A stretch of DNA of 64,000 bases, from the NCBI GenBank assembly GCA_031835245.2, contig JAVKOQ020000021.1, positions 248,001-312,000 on the forward strand, written 5' to 3'. Shown here one piece after another: positions 1 to 15,043 of the stretch. The notes under the pieces are model-generated. The model saw only the letters and a program-made list of their open reading frames with translations. It was not told the origin of the DNA and did not search any database. This DNA is from Balamuthia mandrillaris (lineage: Eukaryota). Each line of letters begins with the position of its first letter. Positions within the stretch are counted from its first letter, which is position 1. Made by a program: the position numbers and the translations under genes.

Positions 1-150
1 AGGGATGCTGCGGCCATAAAGCACGACGGCCAGGCAAAGATGTTCCTCATCCCCGTGAACCAATGGCTGTTCGGCTCCGTCAAGGTCCCTGGTGCAAAGC
101 TGCGGCTGACCGGACCTAATGTTGCGGTTTATCGGCGTTTTACTTATTTT
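1..150 (+). CDS. Possible exon fragment of a gene entering from the left edge (unknown product)
   Basis: Frame 1 is open (RDAAAIKHDGQAKMFLIPVNQWLFGSVKVPG...) with C/G-ending codons. No recognisable motif. Confidence 0.25.
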
Positions 151-320
151 GGTGAGCTCCTTAGCATTCGACGTATAACGAGAGATAGGGAGAGGTGCTG
201 GTGAGATAATAGCGGGGAGTTATGCGTTGAGCGTTGAGGAATGAATGAGGAAGATGAGGACAAAGAGGAACGGGAAGAGAAGGAGATGATGGAGCGATAC
301 GCAAACAAGAAATTGGTTTC

Positions 321-3068
321 TTATTCAGAAGAAGAAGAACAAGAAGAAGAAGAAAGAGAGAGAAGCAGTTGTTCGCATTGTTGAGCGAATGGCCGATGCC
401 CCATTCGTTGGAAGGCTTCCATCGCGGCAGTTGCGCGTCGCACTCGTTTGGCGTTGTCATCGGAAGAGGGAAGAGGAAAACGAGCTTTGGCGAGACGAAC
501 CAGCGCTCTCTCAACTGGAAGAAAGTTTGGCGCGCTTTTATACAGTTTCCTTGTTTGGTTCCAACAAAGGTGTGCCTTTATAAAAAGAGCTATTAAACCC
601 TTGATTGGAGACAGGCAGGGAAGAGAGAAGCAGAGAAAGGAGAAGAGGAGGAGAGACAAACCTTTTCAATCATTCCAGAAAGAGCAAAGAACATGCCTTG
701 GGCGTACCATGCTGCACATCTTCCCAGTTTAAATATGGCACTCATCTTCCAAAATACATCCAACACAAACTCACACTTTCTCATACAATCCTCCAATTTA
801 TCCTCTGCTCCTTCCTTCTCTTTCTGAGCGATTTCATACTCCCACAACGCGGTGCTCTCCTCGAAAGCGAGCTGAATAGGAACCATTATCCTTATTTGTT
901 GCAGGAAGGTATCTTCCCAGAGAGAAAGAGCGCGGTCAAAGTTCTCTCGAACGGCGTCCATTTGTCCGTTGGCCAAATGCCAATAAGCCACGCGAAGCAA
1001 GTAAGCGAAATGGATGGAAGGGCTTATCGTGTGCAGTTTCTTTTCCACCATTTCTGTGTTGTAACGCTCCACTGATTGCCAGTCGCCCAGTCTTTCGGTG
1101 TTTTAAAGAGTTAGTCAAGAAAGAGTGAGAGAATGAGAGGAATGCACAAACCTAATGAGCAGCATCGTTTTCATACGAATAGCCGCTTCCTCATGAGTCT
1201 GATGCTTTCGCAGCTTGACATCTTCCAACAGCTCATCCGCCACGCGAATACCTCTCTCCAACTCTCCTTGCAAGTACAAGAAGTTGAGCAAGAAAGTTTT
1301 CGTGCTGTCACTCTCCAAGTGTTCACCCACTTCCGCCAAATCTTTTGCCATTTGTTCCAAACGTTCGATTGTATCTACGAGAGGGTTACCAGGAATGCCA
1401 GCAAAGAGGAATTGCATTCTCATCTCCAACATTGATTTCACCAAAAGCTTTTCTTTTCTCGATCGCATGATTTGGTGTTGTGCTTCCCCTTCACTTTCTT
1501 TATCGTTCTCTTTCTCTTCGAGGAGAGAGGTTGTGATATGTTGAACGAGAGAGTTGGATTTGCGTTGAAAAAGTTGCCTGAGCCAATTCCAATGATAACC
1601 AGCAAACTTTCCCCAGTTGTTGTAGAAACGGTTGACGTTGATGAGAACGAAAGAATAGGCTAAAGCTCGTTCCATAAGAATGTCGCATTGCTCAGCCAAA
1701 CATGAGAGTTGCAATGTTATTACGGTGAATATTTTGTTGTCCCACGATAGCAAGAATCCTGATCTATAGTAAAAAGGTGAGCCAAGGAAAAAAAAGAACA
1801 AAACACGAACGAAAAAATAAACAGCCGCAAGAACATACACCAAAAGTCGTTTGTAGGCTTCTAATAATTCCTTGGTGTGTGGATTGTCTTTAAATCTTCC
1901 GACAAACCGAGAGGGATACATGTGGTACAACAATACTTTCTTCAACAATTGATGAATCTCTGGAAGAATCAAGAGCGAGGAGAGGAAGAGCATTTTTAAT
2001 ACGCGGCAAAAGAGAAGAGAAAGCAAGAAAGAAAAGCAAACCATGATCCATAGCTTCGTCCGATTCAGGCATTGGCATTCCCAATATTTGAATCGCTTTT
2101 TTCGTGTAGTTAACGCTCTCCAAAAGATTGCCGACCTGTCCTTTTGCCAAGCCAATCATCCGATACCATCTGCCCAATCTCAAATTTGGATCTTTCTCCA
2201 TCACATACGTTTCAGTTCCGTTTCGACGTTCATCTTCCTCTACTTTTTCTTTGATCTTTTCTTCTTTATCTTTCCTGCTTGACTCCAATATCTGAAGAAC
2301 GCGTTCGTGAAGTTTGATAGCTTGCAGCCAACTAGAGGCAGCCTCTCTTCCAGCATAATTATTGAAAGCAAACTCTCCAGCGAGGTCGTAGTAACGAATG
2401 GCTTTCCAGTAGACCTGGGCTCTGCGCCAGTGGTAGGCTAGCAGCGGAAAGTGAGGCCCGCTGTCGGCAGAGAAACGTCGCTCGTACCAATCGGCTATGA
2501 TGGCGTGGTATTTGTATCGCTCTGAGAAGGGCAACATTCCATAAATTGTTTCTAGGTTTTTGTGTGCGAGTTAAAAATGAATAAGAACGTGCGCAGAAGA
2601 TAAAAGAGCAGAATGAAGATAGTGGAAATGAAGGAGAAGAACATTACTTTGAGCGAACGGGTTCTCGAAGAAATAAAGCAAGTCATCCCGATCCAAGGCT
2701 ACAGACAAGATGCTCATCTGTCTTAACGTCTGTAGCTCCTTCAAGAACTGTTCCTGTCCAAGATCGTCTTTTCCTGCCTTTGCCAGAATATTTTGCAACT
2801 GAGCAGCAGTAAAACGAGAGCCAATAACCGATGCCACTTTCAATATGGTTTGTTGATTGACGGAAAGCTTGTCTACTGTGCTGGTTATCACACTCTCGAT
2901 AGAGTTAGGCAGTTGACGAATAGTGGAGGGATCCACGAAACAGGTGTCACCAATGCACACCAGTTTAATTTTTGGCAGTGTCAATGCTTTTGTTTGGTAT
3001 GGTTGTTATTTGTTTTTGGACTACAAAGAAAAAGGAGAATACGGAAGGAGAGCTGAGAAACAGAAAGA

Positions 3069-3137
<69 letters not shown>

Positions 3138-3437
3138 AAAAGAAATACCTAAAGAAATGGCTATCATAGGATTGCCTTGCGACTTGGAGAAAAGGATTCC
3201 CTCCTCCGTCTCATTTAGTTCTGTTCTGTTCATCACAGTTTTGGCCAGTTCTGCAATTTGTTCGTTGCTCATTCGGTCCAACTCTATGGTCACAGTGATC
3301 TCTGGATGAGCTTCTTCCAGAAACTTGATGTTTGCAGCCAGTGTCTCCGCTTCTTCTTTGACTTCTTCCAAAGTATTTACATCCGCTTCTTCATTCTGCT
3401 TATTTTCAGCAATTTCGTAAATAAGGGAAGGAAGAAA

Positions 3438-3473
<36 letters not shown>

Positions 3474-4370
3474 CGGTTTTGTTTCCTTCGTCAAAGAAGT
3501 TTTGTCTTGAGGAGGTCTCGCCGTAAGCACCAAGAAAACGCCCTGGGCATTAGCTTTGTCAATCATTTGAGTGACGACGTTCCAACTGGCGCTGTCCAAC
3601 CAGTGACAGTTCTCCAGAACTAAGACGATGGGTCGGTCACCATTGGCACGACGAAACTCGTTGAGAGTCCATGCGAGGATCTCGTGAAGCTTGGCTCTTC
3701 GTTCCTTTGCTTCCAGTTTTTTTGATTCTGTTTTCGGTCCATTGTACAAAGCGAAAAAGAAATGAGCAAGATAAAAATAGAGAACGGCAAATTGAAACGA
3801 TGTAAGAGGATGAGAACGAACACAATGAACGAAAATGGAATGGATAACTAGATGCAAAAGAAAGAAACAAACCTTCCGTTTCGGGAAACTGAGTCACGAG
3901 CAACGGATTCAACAACGCAAGATACTTCTCAAACTCTGGATTTCTTTTAAAAAAGCTTCGGAAATGCTGATGACATGTAGCACATCTTCCATTCATGACC
4001 GGAATGGCAAATGCACTGCTTAGTATTTCCTGCCAAATGAAGTAGGGCGTGTTCTTCTCGATCTCGGGAGCCTGGCCGTCTATGTGCAGCACTCCACCCT
4101 CGTTCCAGTTTAGCAACTCTCTCACCATTGCCGTCTTTCCCATTCCTGCTTGTCCTTTGATGAAGGCCACTTTGAAGCTGCGTCCGTCTTGCATGAAGGT
4201 GTCAAAGGCGTTACGAAGAGCGTTCAATTCCTTCGTCCGGCCTATCATTTTTCTGGAGGTGTTGACGGCCTCTCGAAGAGATTTTCTGCGTCCTTCGACT
4301 GGTGTGTAGATTGGTATCGGCTGCTCTTTTCCCTATATTATTTGCAAAGTCGTATTAAAAAGTAGAGGAG

Positions 4371-4409
<39 letters not shown>

Positions 4410-4578
4410 CAACGCACCTTAACGAGGATAGGTTCTAGGGGTTGCAATAAAAAGCGACCTTCGGACTCTGTGACGATGCGATAGGTTTGTTCGTCAACGT
4501 AAATCGCGCCAGAAGTCTTTCCTCCATTCGATGCTCTGCAACATGGGCAATTTTTAGACTGGTTTTGTTCTATTATGC

Positions 4579-4622
<44 letters not shown>

Positions 4623-5007
4623 GAAGAGAGAGAAGAGAACGGAGAAGGGGACAAACAAACTTGGCAGAAGCAACCATGAGTCTGGCACTGAGATTGACCG
4701 AATCTCCAACCACACAATACTCGCACCTCTTGGCGCTGCCCACGTTGCCACAAAAAGTTCTTCCAGTGGTGATACCAATCGAGTTAGCCAAATTCAGTTC
4801 ATGCAATCGTGAGTTAATGACGAGGGCGGCATTTATAGCGCGAACGGCATCATCCTCCAACGTCATGTGAGGCAAGCCAAAGACGGCGATGAGAACCGCG
4901 CCTTTATCATCAACGATGAATTGTCGTAAAGCTCCTTTGTAATGCAATAGTACTTCCTTTTTTGTTTAACAAAACAAAAAGCCGATAGACAGAAATTACT
5001 TGTTAGT

Positions 5008-5041
<34 letters not shown>

Positions 5042-6787
5042 GAAAGAGAGAAATAGAGAAAAAGAGAGAAAGAGAAACAAACTTGAGCACTGGACAATGC
5101 ATTCTGCAATGGTTCAAAACAATCCATAGTCGTAGTGTCGACTTTATAAAACAAAAATCATTTGTAATTGTTAGTTAGATACAAAAAAAGAAAGGGCATA
5201 AATAACATACGTCCGCTTAATCCAATAAACAATACGGTGGTTTGCCGAATGTCAGCCAAATGGTGGAGACTATAACCTTCCTCTAGCCATTTTCGCAGCG
5301 GTTCAGGCACATAACCTTGCATCCAATTGGCGCCTTGTTTCAAAGTTGAGAGGGAACGTTTGATGCGGACTCGTTCTTTGTGTATTCGCAGGGATAAGGA
5401 TGACATAGACGCATCACCCACGATGGCGTTAGAGCGAAACTTTCTCTTTGGAAGCAGTTGATCGTCATGTTCTTCTTCTTTTTCTTCTTTGTCTTTTGCT
5501 TCTCTTTCCACTCTTTGCTTTGGTGTGAGTGATCTGTGTTCTTCTCCGTTATGTTGTTGTTTGCTCCGTATGAGAAAGTTGCCAGAAGGAAATCGTTTGG
5601 CAATGTAGTCTTTGCTTTCTTCTTCTTGCTCGTGTTGTGCCGCTTTCTCTGTTTCTTCTTTTTGTTGTTCATTGTTTGACTTTAGCATCGACCAAACATC
5701 GGAGGTAACGACGACAGTGGATACAGCAGCATCGTGCTCCGTTGCGGCTATTTCCAAAAGTGGCTTTCCAGCCAAAAGATATTCCCATCTTTCATTCACT
5801 CCTCCCAATTGCATCGCCACTACCTCTCCTATAATAAAGCCATATTAATAAAAAGAAGAAAGCAGAGCTGGACAAGAGCAGAAAGAATAAAGGAAAAGAA
5901 CAGCGACAGAATGGAGTAACCTGCACTGACTCCAACTTTCACCCGCAAAGTAACATTTTGCAAAACAGAGAGAATGGCTTTATCAGCGGCTAAGTCCTTG
6001 ATGAGACTGTCCTCTGCCTCCAAATTCACTTTCCACTCAAACTTGGAAGCAACCACAGCAAAGCGAGCGGCCAAGCGAACAGTTGCTTCCAGCGCTTCTC
6101 TCCCGTTATTGTACGCGTCTCCTTCTGCTGAGGTGGGGGAGTCATCGTTGCACTTCGCTGCTTCTTCTTCTTCTTCTTCTTCTTCTTCGTGTTGAGAACT
6201 CCAAACTATAAGCAAAGCATCACCCGCAAACTGGAAATAGAAGTCTCAAGCATTAGAATAGAAGCACAAGCACAGACAAGAAGCAGGAAGCAAGAACCTT
6301 TATAACATCGCCCCCATATTGTTCCACCAGGTTGAGCAGCTCCGTGAAAAACCGTTTCAACACCAAGTGCATTATCTCCCCTCCTTTCTGCAACAACAAT
6401 AACAACAAAACATATAAATAAAAACACACACAAGAAAAAAGACGAAAGAGAGGAAAAAAACAACGGTACCGCAGCACTGGAGCGACAAAGCGCCTCCGTC
6501 AAAGGGGTGAAGCCGCTAATGTCCACAAAGACAACCGCCCCTGGGAAGGAGAAGCACCGCGGACCCTCCCCCTCCGCTTTCTTCCTTCTTTCGTTCTCGT
6601 GCTTTTTCTCCATCAGCCGGTGAGGGAGGCACCGCTTCACCATCCAGGGCACGTAGGGCGAGAGCATCTCCTCGGGGGTCTTCTTGTTGCCATCGAAGGA
6701 GCCCCGACCTATGTTCTTGTGCAACGTCTCCCGTTCCTGCGTCTTCACCTTCTCCTCCCGTTTGTTCTTCATCAACATTTGCTCCAT
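321..6787 (-). CDS. Soluble adenylyl-cyclase-like (ADCY10/SgcA-type) class III nucleotidyl cyclase with tandem cyclase domains, P-loop NTPase and helical/TPR-like C-terminus; multi-exon
   Basis: C1 motifs VVFVDISGFTPLTE and GGDVIK|FAGDA. C2 motifs LRQFIVDDKGAVLIAVFGLP and GITTGRTFCGNVGSAKRCEYCVVGDSVNLSARLM. Also IGRTKEL, Walker A GQAGMGKT, LVLENCHWLDSASW, SQGNPM, LKVASVIG and LAYHW. The start may lie in a further upstream exon. Confidence 0.9.
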
Positions 6788-7148
6788 ACCTTGGTTTTTT
6801 TTTTTTTTTGTTGAGGAAATGGTGCACCAAGATAAAGATAGAAGCACAAGGGGGAAAAAAAATATTGAAGGGACGTTAACAATAAGGAGTAGAGTAGTAG
6901 TACTACTACAGCAGCACACAACTCCTCTTTGTGTAATAAAACAAGTCTCGGTACAACCTGCACACAAAGAAAAATTATCTATGGGTGCCTCTCCACTTCT
7001 TTCTTTCTTTCTAGTTTTTTTGTCGTTTTTTCAAAGTTAATAAATATCCCTATTGGTTAAAAATTCTCCGGAATTGCCCCGAAATCAATCGTATTGGTTG
7101 AAAATGGAGATCAAATAAGATCTTTAAGTGTCCCACGGAACGCTGCGA

Positions 7149-7550
7149 TTAGCTGGCAGAAGAGGAAGTGGCATCCAATTTGTACAGCGTCTGCTCGATT
7201 TCGGTCTTTTGCTTGGCGGGCAGTCGGCTGTGCACAAAGGTCATCCACTTGGAGTCGATGTTGGTGACGTCGGAGACCAAATAGACGATCACGTCGTCCG
7301 CGCCGTTGGTCAGGTCCTTGGTCTTCCACCAATCGCTCAACGCCCCACCCACGCCCAACCCAACAGAAGGAGAGGAAGAGGAAGAGGAAGACGACGAAGA
7401 AAGAGCATGTTGGATGTTGTCGAGCAGTTGAGCAAAGGCTTCCCCTCCTTGTTGCGTCCTGTTGGCGCGTATATACTCGGCAACGTTAGGATGCATCCCA
7501 CACACTTTGTGCGTATACTCTGGTTTGTCCAGCAGTTGCCGGTAACTCAT
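7149..7550 (-). CDS. Hypothetical 133-aa protein
   Basis: Intronless ATG ORF with coding-like GC content, flanked by AT-rich spacers. No motif recognised. Confidence 0.6.
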   Translation of the reverse strand: MSYRQLLDKPEYTHKVCGMHPNVAEYIRANRTQQGGEAFAQLLDNIQHALSSSSSSSSSSPSVGLGVGGALSDWWKTKDLTNGADDVIVYLVSDVTNIDSKWMTFVHSRLPAKQKTEIEQTLYKLDATSSSAS

Positions 7551-7740
7551 TCTTCCTCTTTTTTCTTTTTTGCTGTTTTTTATTTATCTTTTTTTTTTTT
7601 TGCGTTACGCGTTGCATTCTTGGCATACTTTACATACTTTTCTTTGTTTAGGCATCAAAAATTTGAAAAATGTTAAATATGTAAATGTTAATTAAATAAG
7701 TGCTAAAGTGGAAGGAACCAGGGCAAGTGGCGTCCAAACT

Positions 7741-9168
7741 TCAGTTGGCCTTTTCCTGCGATGGCCCGCTCTCACGGGTGGCAAAGGGGACCTGGATCTG
7801 GTCACAGTTGATGCCGACCATGGCCTCTCCCAAGTCCTCCGACACCTCCGCCAAGATTGCTGGGTTCTTGTAGTGAGTGACCGCTTGCACGATGGCCTTT
7901 GCTCTCTTCTCTGGATTTGCACTCTTGAAAATCCCTGTTGCGTTTTATGTTTAGGAAGAGAAGCATAGAAGCAAGAGGAAGGAGGAAGCGGATTAAAAAA
8001 ACCAACCAGAACCAACAAAGACGCCATCCATGCCGAGTTGCATCATCATGGCGGCGTCCGCGGGAGTGGCGATGCCACCGGCAGCAAAGTTGACGACGGG
8101 GAGGCGGCCGAGCTCTGCTGTCTCCTTGATGAGCTCGTAGGGCGCACCGATCTCCTTGGCGTAGGAGTAGAGCTCAGAGGGGTCCAGTGAGGCCAACCCT
8201 TTGATCTCTCTGTTGATGGTTCTCGCATGTTCTTTGTTTGGTGAAAAGAAACATGAAGAATGAGGATGTTTGAAAGGTAGACTATAGGAGAGAATGGTAA
8301 CAGAAAAGAGAGAGGTGATGCAAAAGATGCAAGGAGAGATACATACTGACAGCATGAACGACGTCACCAGTGCCAGCCTCGCCTTTGGTGCGAATCATGG
8401 CTGCGCCCTCGCTGATTCGCCGGAGAGCCTCACCGAGGTTGCGAGCGCCACAGACAAAGGGAATATTAAAGTCATGCTTGTGGATGTGGTGGCGGTCATC
8501 GGCGGGAGTGAGCACCTCCGACTCGTCGATGTAGTCCACCTCCAGCGCCTCCAGGATTTGAGCCTCCACAAAGTGTCCGATACGTACTTTGGCCATCACT
8601 TCATGTTGTTGCGGCAGAGGAGAGAAGCGATCAATGAAAGTGAAAATAAGCGATGAAAGAGGAACGATCCAAGTGGAAGCAAAGGTGAACAAAACACAAA
8701 CCTGGAATGGAGACAGCCTTCATGATGGATTTGATCATGGCGGGGTCGCTCATGCGGGCCACACCACCAGCCTTGCGAATGTCAGCGGGCACCCTCTCCA
8801 AAGCCATGACGGCCACAGCGCCTGCCTCCTCCGCAATCCTCGCTTGTTCCGGGTTTACCACATCCTTTTTTCATAAACAAACGCATGGAGGGGAGAGTGA
8901 GAAAGACGATGGACACAATGCGCGATGGAAAGAACAATCGCACGAACCATGATGACTCCACCTTTGAGCATCTGTGCCAGCCCCGCCTTGACTTTGAAGG
9001 TGGCTCGGGTGGCAGCTGATCAACACACAACAAGCAAGAAGGAAAAACCCAATCCATCGACGTTTGTTCAGTGGGAAAACAGCGCAAAAAGAAAAAAACA
9101 GAGCGACATGGGAGGCAATACGCACCATTTTGAGTGTGTCCGTTCGAAGCAGTAGTAGTGGAAGCCAT
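7741..9168 (-). CDS. PDX1: Pyridoxal 5'-phosphate synthase, synthase subunit (PDX1/SNZ); multi-exon
   Basis: Motifs [69 protein letters not shown] and [33 protein letters not shown]. Stop at 7741-7743. Confidence 0.97.
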
Positions 9169-9484
9169 GTTTGTTGAGCTTTCTGTCTTTCTTCACTCTC
9201 TAGGACAATGCAAACCCTGGTTTCTTTCTATGGTTTGTTTACCACCAAAAAAAAAAAAAAAAAAAGTAGCAGCGAAGACGCCAAACAAATAAAAAAAGAG
9301 CCGATGATGACGATGATGGTGTCTTCTTGTCAGCTTTCTCTCTCTCTCTCTCCCATTCTTTGCGCACGCTTTCGCTGCCTGTGGCGTCAGCCCGCCTTAC
9401 GCACGCTATCCTTAAAATTTAGGTGGAATGACATCATCATCGCTTCGTGCCTAGTGACGTAATGCTGCATTTTGACCTTCCCGC

Positions 9485-9562
9485 GTTCGACTCCCACTCT
9501 TTACAACATTATTTCAGTTTCGGTGATGACATCACCTCCCTTTTGACATCGGTTCGACTCCC
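9485..9562 (+). promoter_or_regulatory. Two B-box-like motifs (GTTCGACTCCC) in the divergent PDX1/RCHY1 promoter
   Basis: GTTCGACTCCC at 9485-9495 and GGTTCGACTCCC at 9551-9562. No tRNA cloverleaf around either. Confidence 0.45.
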
Positions 9563-9639
9563 GCTATGAACGATTTTCCACACAAGCATTAAAAAATAAA
9601 ATAAGAGAAAAAAAGAAAAGAAAAGGATCGCAAAGCAAA

Positions 9640-11830
<2,191 letters not shown>

Positions 11831-12172
11831 ATCAAAAACTCCAAAAAAAAAATCGGAATAATAATTTTATGATCGGATCAATACTTTGAATTTTGATTGG
11901 CCAGGTCGCACTCAATTTAAAAATGATATCCAAATATAGTCTCCATGCACCAAATATAGTGTGCACCTACTCGTATAACAAGATCAAGTCGCCAAAGGCT
12001 GGTAGACTCCCGTTTCTTTTTTTTATTTTACGAGGATCCTGTGTTTCTACGGTACCCTAGGGTGAACACCCGAGCCTGGGGCTAAACTTTTTTTTGCATA
12101 AAGCGCTCCTTCTTCTTCTTCTTCTCATTATCGTTCTTTCGCACACTAAACCTCACATACTATAACACAAGC

Positions 12173-13434
12173 ATGAAAGACGAGGCTTCTCCGGTGGAAG
12201 TAATGGCGCGAGCTCGGTGTCGTCTCAAGGCCCAAAAGAGCGCCTCTCACCTTCCCTCCAAGAAGGAAAAGGATCTCTGCTGGAAGGAAGTGACCGGATT
12301 CGACCCCAAAGAGGAGGATGAGGAACAGGACCAGTCCGGAGACCAAACGCTTCTTGTCCCGACCCTGGCGGGAGCTTCCTTCACCCCCAATGACATCAAG
12401 CTCCGGAGGCTCTTGGGAGAGGGCAGCGGAGGTTCCGTTTACCTTGGAATGAGCCGCCACATGAACCAACATATCAAACTCGCCATCAAAGTCGTGCGCA
12501 AAGCTTGTGCTTCCGACCAAAACGAAAACGAAAAATACTCTGCTCATGAAAATTCTTTCATTCCTCAACCAAAAGTCCTCGCGTTGCGAAGGGAACACGC
12601 TGCTTTGATGCTTCTACCTCCGCACCCACATATCATCCCGCTCTATTCGGGGCTGCTTGAGAGCGAGGACTGCATCTGCTACGTCATGAAATACGCGGCC
12701 AACGGGGATTTGTTTGAGTACATTCGGCGGCTGGGTCGGCTACCGGAGTCGGAGGCTTGGAGGATCTTCCGCCAAGTGCTGGCAGCGGTTTCGCACGTGC
12801 ATGCACATGGACTATGTCACAGAGACCTAAAACCTGAAAATGTACTTTTTTCATTTTTACTGTCTCTCGTTTTTCCGTTAGTTGGCTTTGCTGTGGCCCC
12901 TTCATTCTCCGAACGTTTGTGTTATCTGTCTTCTCACAACTTCGAAAACAGATCTTTTTGGACGAAAACATGAACGTTCTCTTGGCAGACTTTGGGCTTT
13001 GCGCGCGGTGGACATCCTACACGCCTGTGGCGGACTGCGTGGGTTCCCTGGACTATGCCGCTCCGGAGGTGCTCTCCGGGAGTAGCTTTGTCGGTCCCGA
13101 GGTGGATATGTGGTCCTTGGGTGCCCTGCTCTACATGATGCTGCGAGGAAGGACGCCGTTTCATGCCCTCTCTTCGGCGGATATCTATGAGAACATAATG
13201 CGAGGAGAGTACAACACGGCCGACCTCTCGGACAACGCTGCCAACCTGCTGTCCAGGTTGTTGTCGCCTGACTCACTGAGGAGGGCCACCATGTACGAGA
13301 CGCTGAACCATCCCTGGATCAAAGAGCAGCCCCATCGGACGCGGATCAGCTCTGCTCCCAGTTTGGGAAGTGACACTTCTGCATTGCTGTTGGGCGGAGC
13401 GGGCGAAGATGAGAAGAAGGCGATGACCCCTTGA
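12173..13434 (+). CDS. Ser/Thr protein kinase, CAMK group (SNF1/MARK-like)
   Basis: Motifs GEGSGGSV, AIKVV, GDLFEYI, HRDLKPEN, intron ~12842-12951, ADFG, GSLDYAAPE and VDMWSLG. Confidence 0.92.
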
Positions 13435-13693
13435 AGCAGAGAAAGGGGATGGTTTTTGTTTTTCACAAACATATTTATTTATTGTTTAACACAACAAAGG
13501 CAGTAAACTTAAAAATCCAGGAGAGCATTACATGTTATGTGGAAATGAGAAAAAGCATAAATTGTCCTGAAATTTTCTCTAATGAGACCCGCCGCATCTT
13601 TGCGACCCAAGCCGGACAAAAGAGTTAGACAAAACTAGCTCAACCTATTCCAAAAATTTAAGGTGCTTCCTTAAACAAATCCAAACTGCACAG

Positions 13694-14725
13694 ATGGAAG
13701 AAGCCGAAAGGGTGACCGTCCCCGCCGAGGCCTTGGTGGCCTCCTCCTCCTCTTCCTCCTCTTCCTCCTCTTCCTCCTCTTCCTCCCCCTCCGGAGCTTT
13801 AGCCTGGATCACGTTGATCGTCTTCCTCTGCTCTCTCGTGCCGGTGATTTTCCCGTTTACCATCCGATTACCGAACAACAAGAGCTTCTTTCGCTTTCTG
13901 CCCTCCTTTCTCACCTCCGGGAAGAAGCTCCTCACGGTGGACTTTGCGATCGGCCCGCTGCTCGCCGTGTTGCTCCTGTTGTGCTGCACTGCGCTCTCCC
14001 CGAAGGAGATCTACGAGGCGATCAAAGGCAAGGACAATGTGGAGCCCTATTCCATTGTGATCTTGTTCTTCTCTCTCTCTTACCTCAGCATCTCCATTGA
14101 TGGTTTGTTGCCTTCGTTCTTTCTTTCTCTTCTTCTCTCATTTTCTCATTCTATGCTTCTCTGCTTCTTTTGGTTGTTCTCTTCATCGTTCTCATGATCG
14201 TTCTCTTCGCTTCGCTTCTCTTCTCTTCTCTTCTCTTCTCTTCTCTTCTCTTCTCTTCTCTTCTCTTCTCTTCTCTTCTCTTCTCTTCTCTTCTCTTCTC
14301 TTCTCTTCTCTTCTCTTCTCTTCTCTTCTCTTCTCTTCTCTTCTCTTCTCTTCTCTTCTCTTCTCTTCTCTTCTCTTCTCTTCTCTTCTCTTCTCTTCTC
14401 TTCTCTTCTCTTCTCTTCTCTTCTCTTCTCTTCTCTTCTCTTCTCTTCTCTTCTCTTCTCTTCTCTTCTCTTCTCTTCTCTTCTCTTCTCTTCATCGATG
14501 CAGTGACGGGCATTTTGGCTTTCTTTGCCATGAGGAGCAGTCAATATGCGCAGGGCTCCGGACCAAAGCTCTTCTTTGTCTTTTTCGCCCTCAGCAGCTT
14601 TCTTACTGTTGTGACGAGCAACGACATTGTCATTCTCACCCTCACGCCTTTGGTCACCTATCTTTGTGCCTTTGTTGGGATTGACCCATTCCCTATTCTT
14701 CTCAGGTAAGATGGAAAGAGAGCGC

Positions 14726-14774
<49 letters not shown>

Positions 14775-14988
14775 AAGCATAGGGACACCGACAAAACAAC
14801 AGAGAGTAGTAGGACAATAATGTTGTATTAACGTTGCTTCTTCTTCGTTACAATAGCGAGTTTTTTGCCGCCAACATATGGTCTAGCATGCTCTACATTG
14901 GCAATCCTACCAACATTATCGTAGCGCAGGCCTTTGACATTTCTTTTATTGGCTTTTCTGCTTGGCTGACTCTACCATCTATCACCGC

Positions 14989-15043
<55 letters not shown>

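Noticed and set aside
14097..14817. ORFs with (LLFSS)n/(REEKR)n and similar ones at 9971-10558, 33977-34388 and 40455-40939
   Set aside because: Translations of intronic microsatellites.
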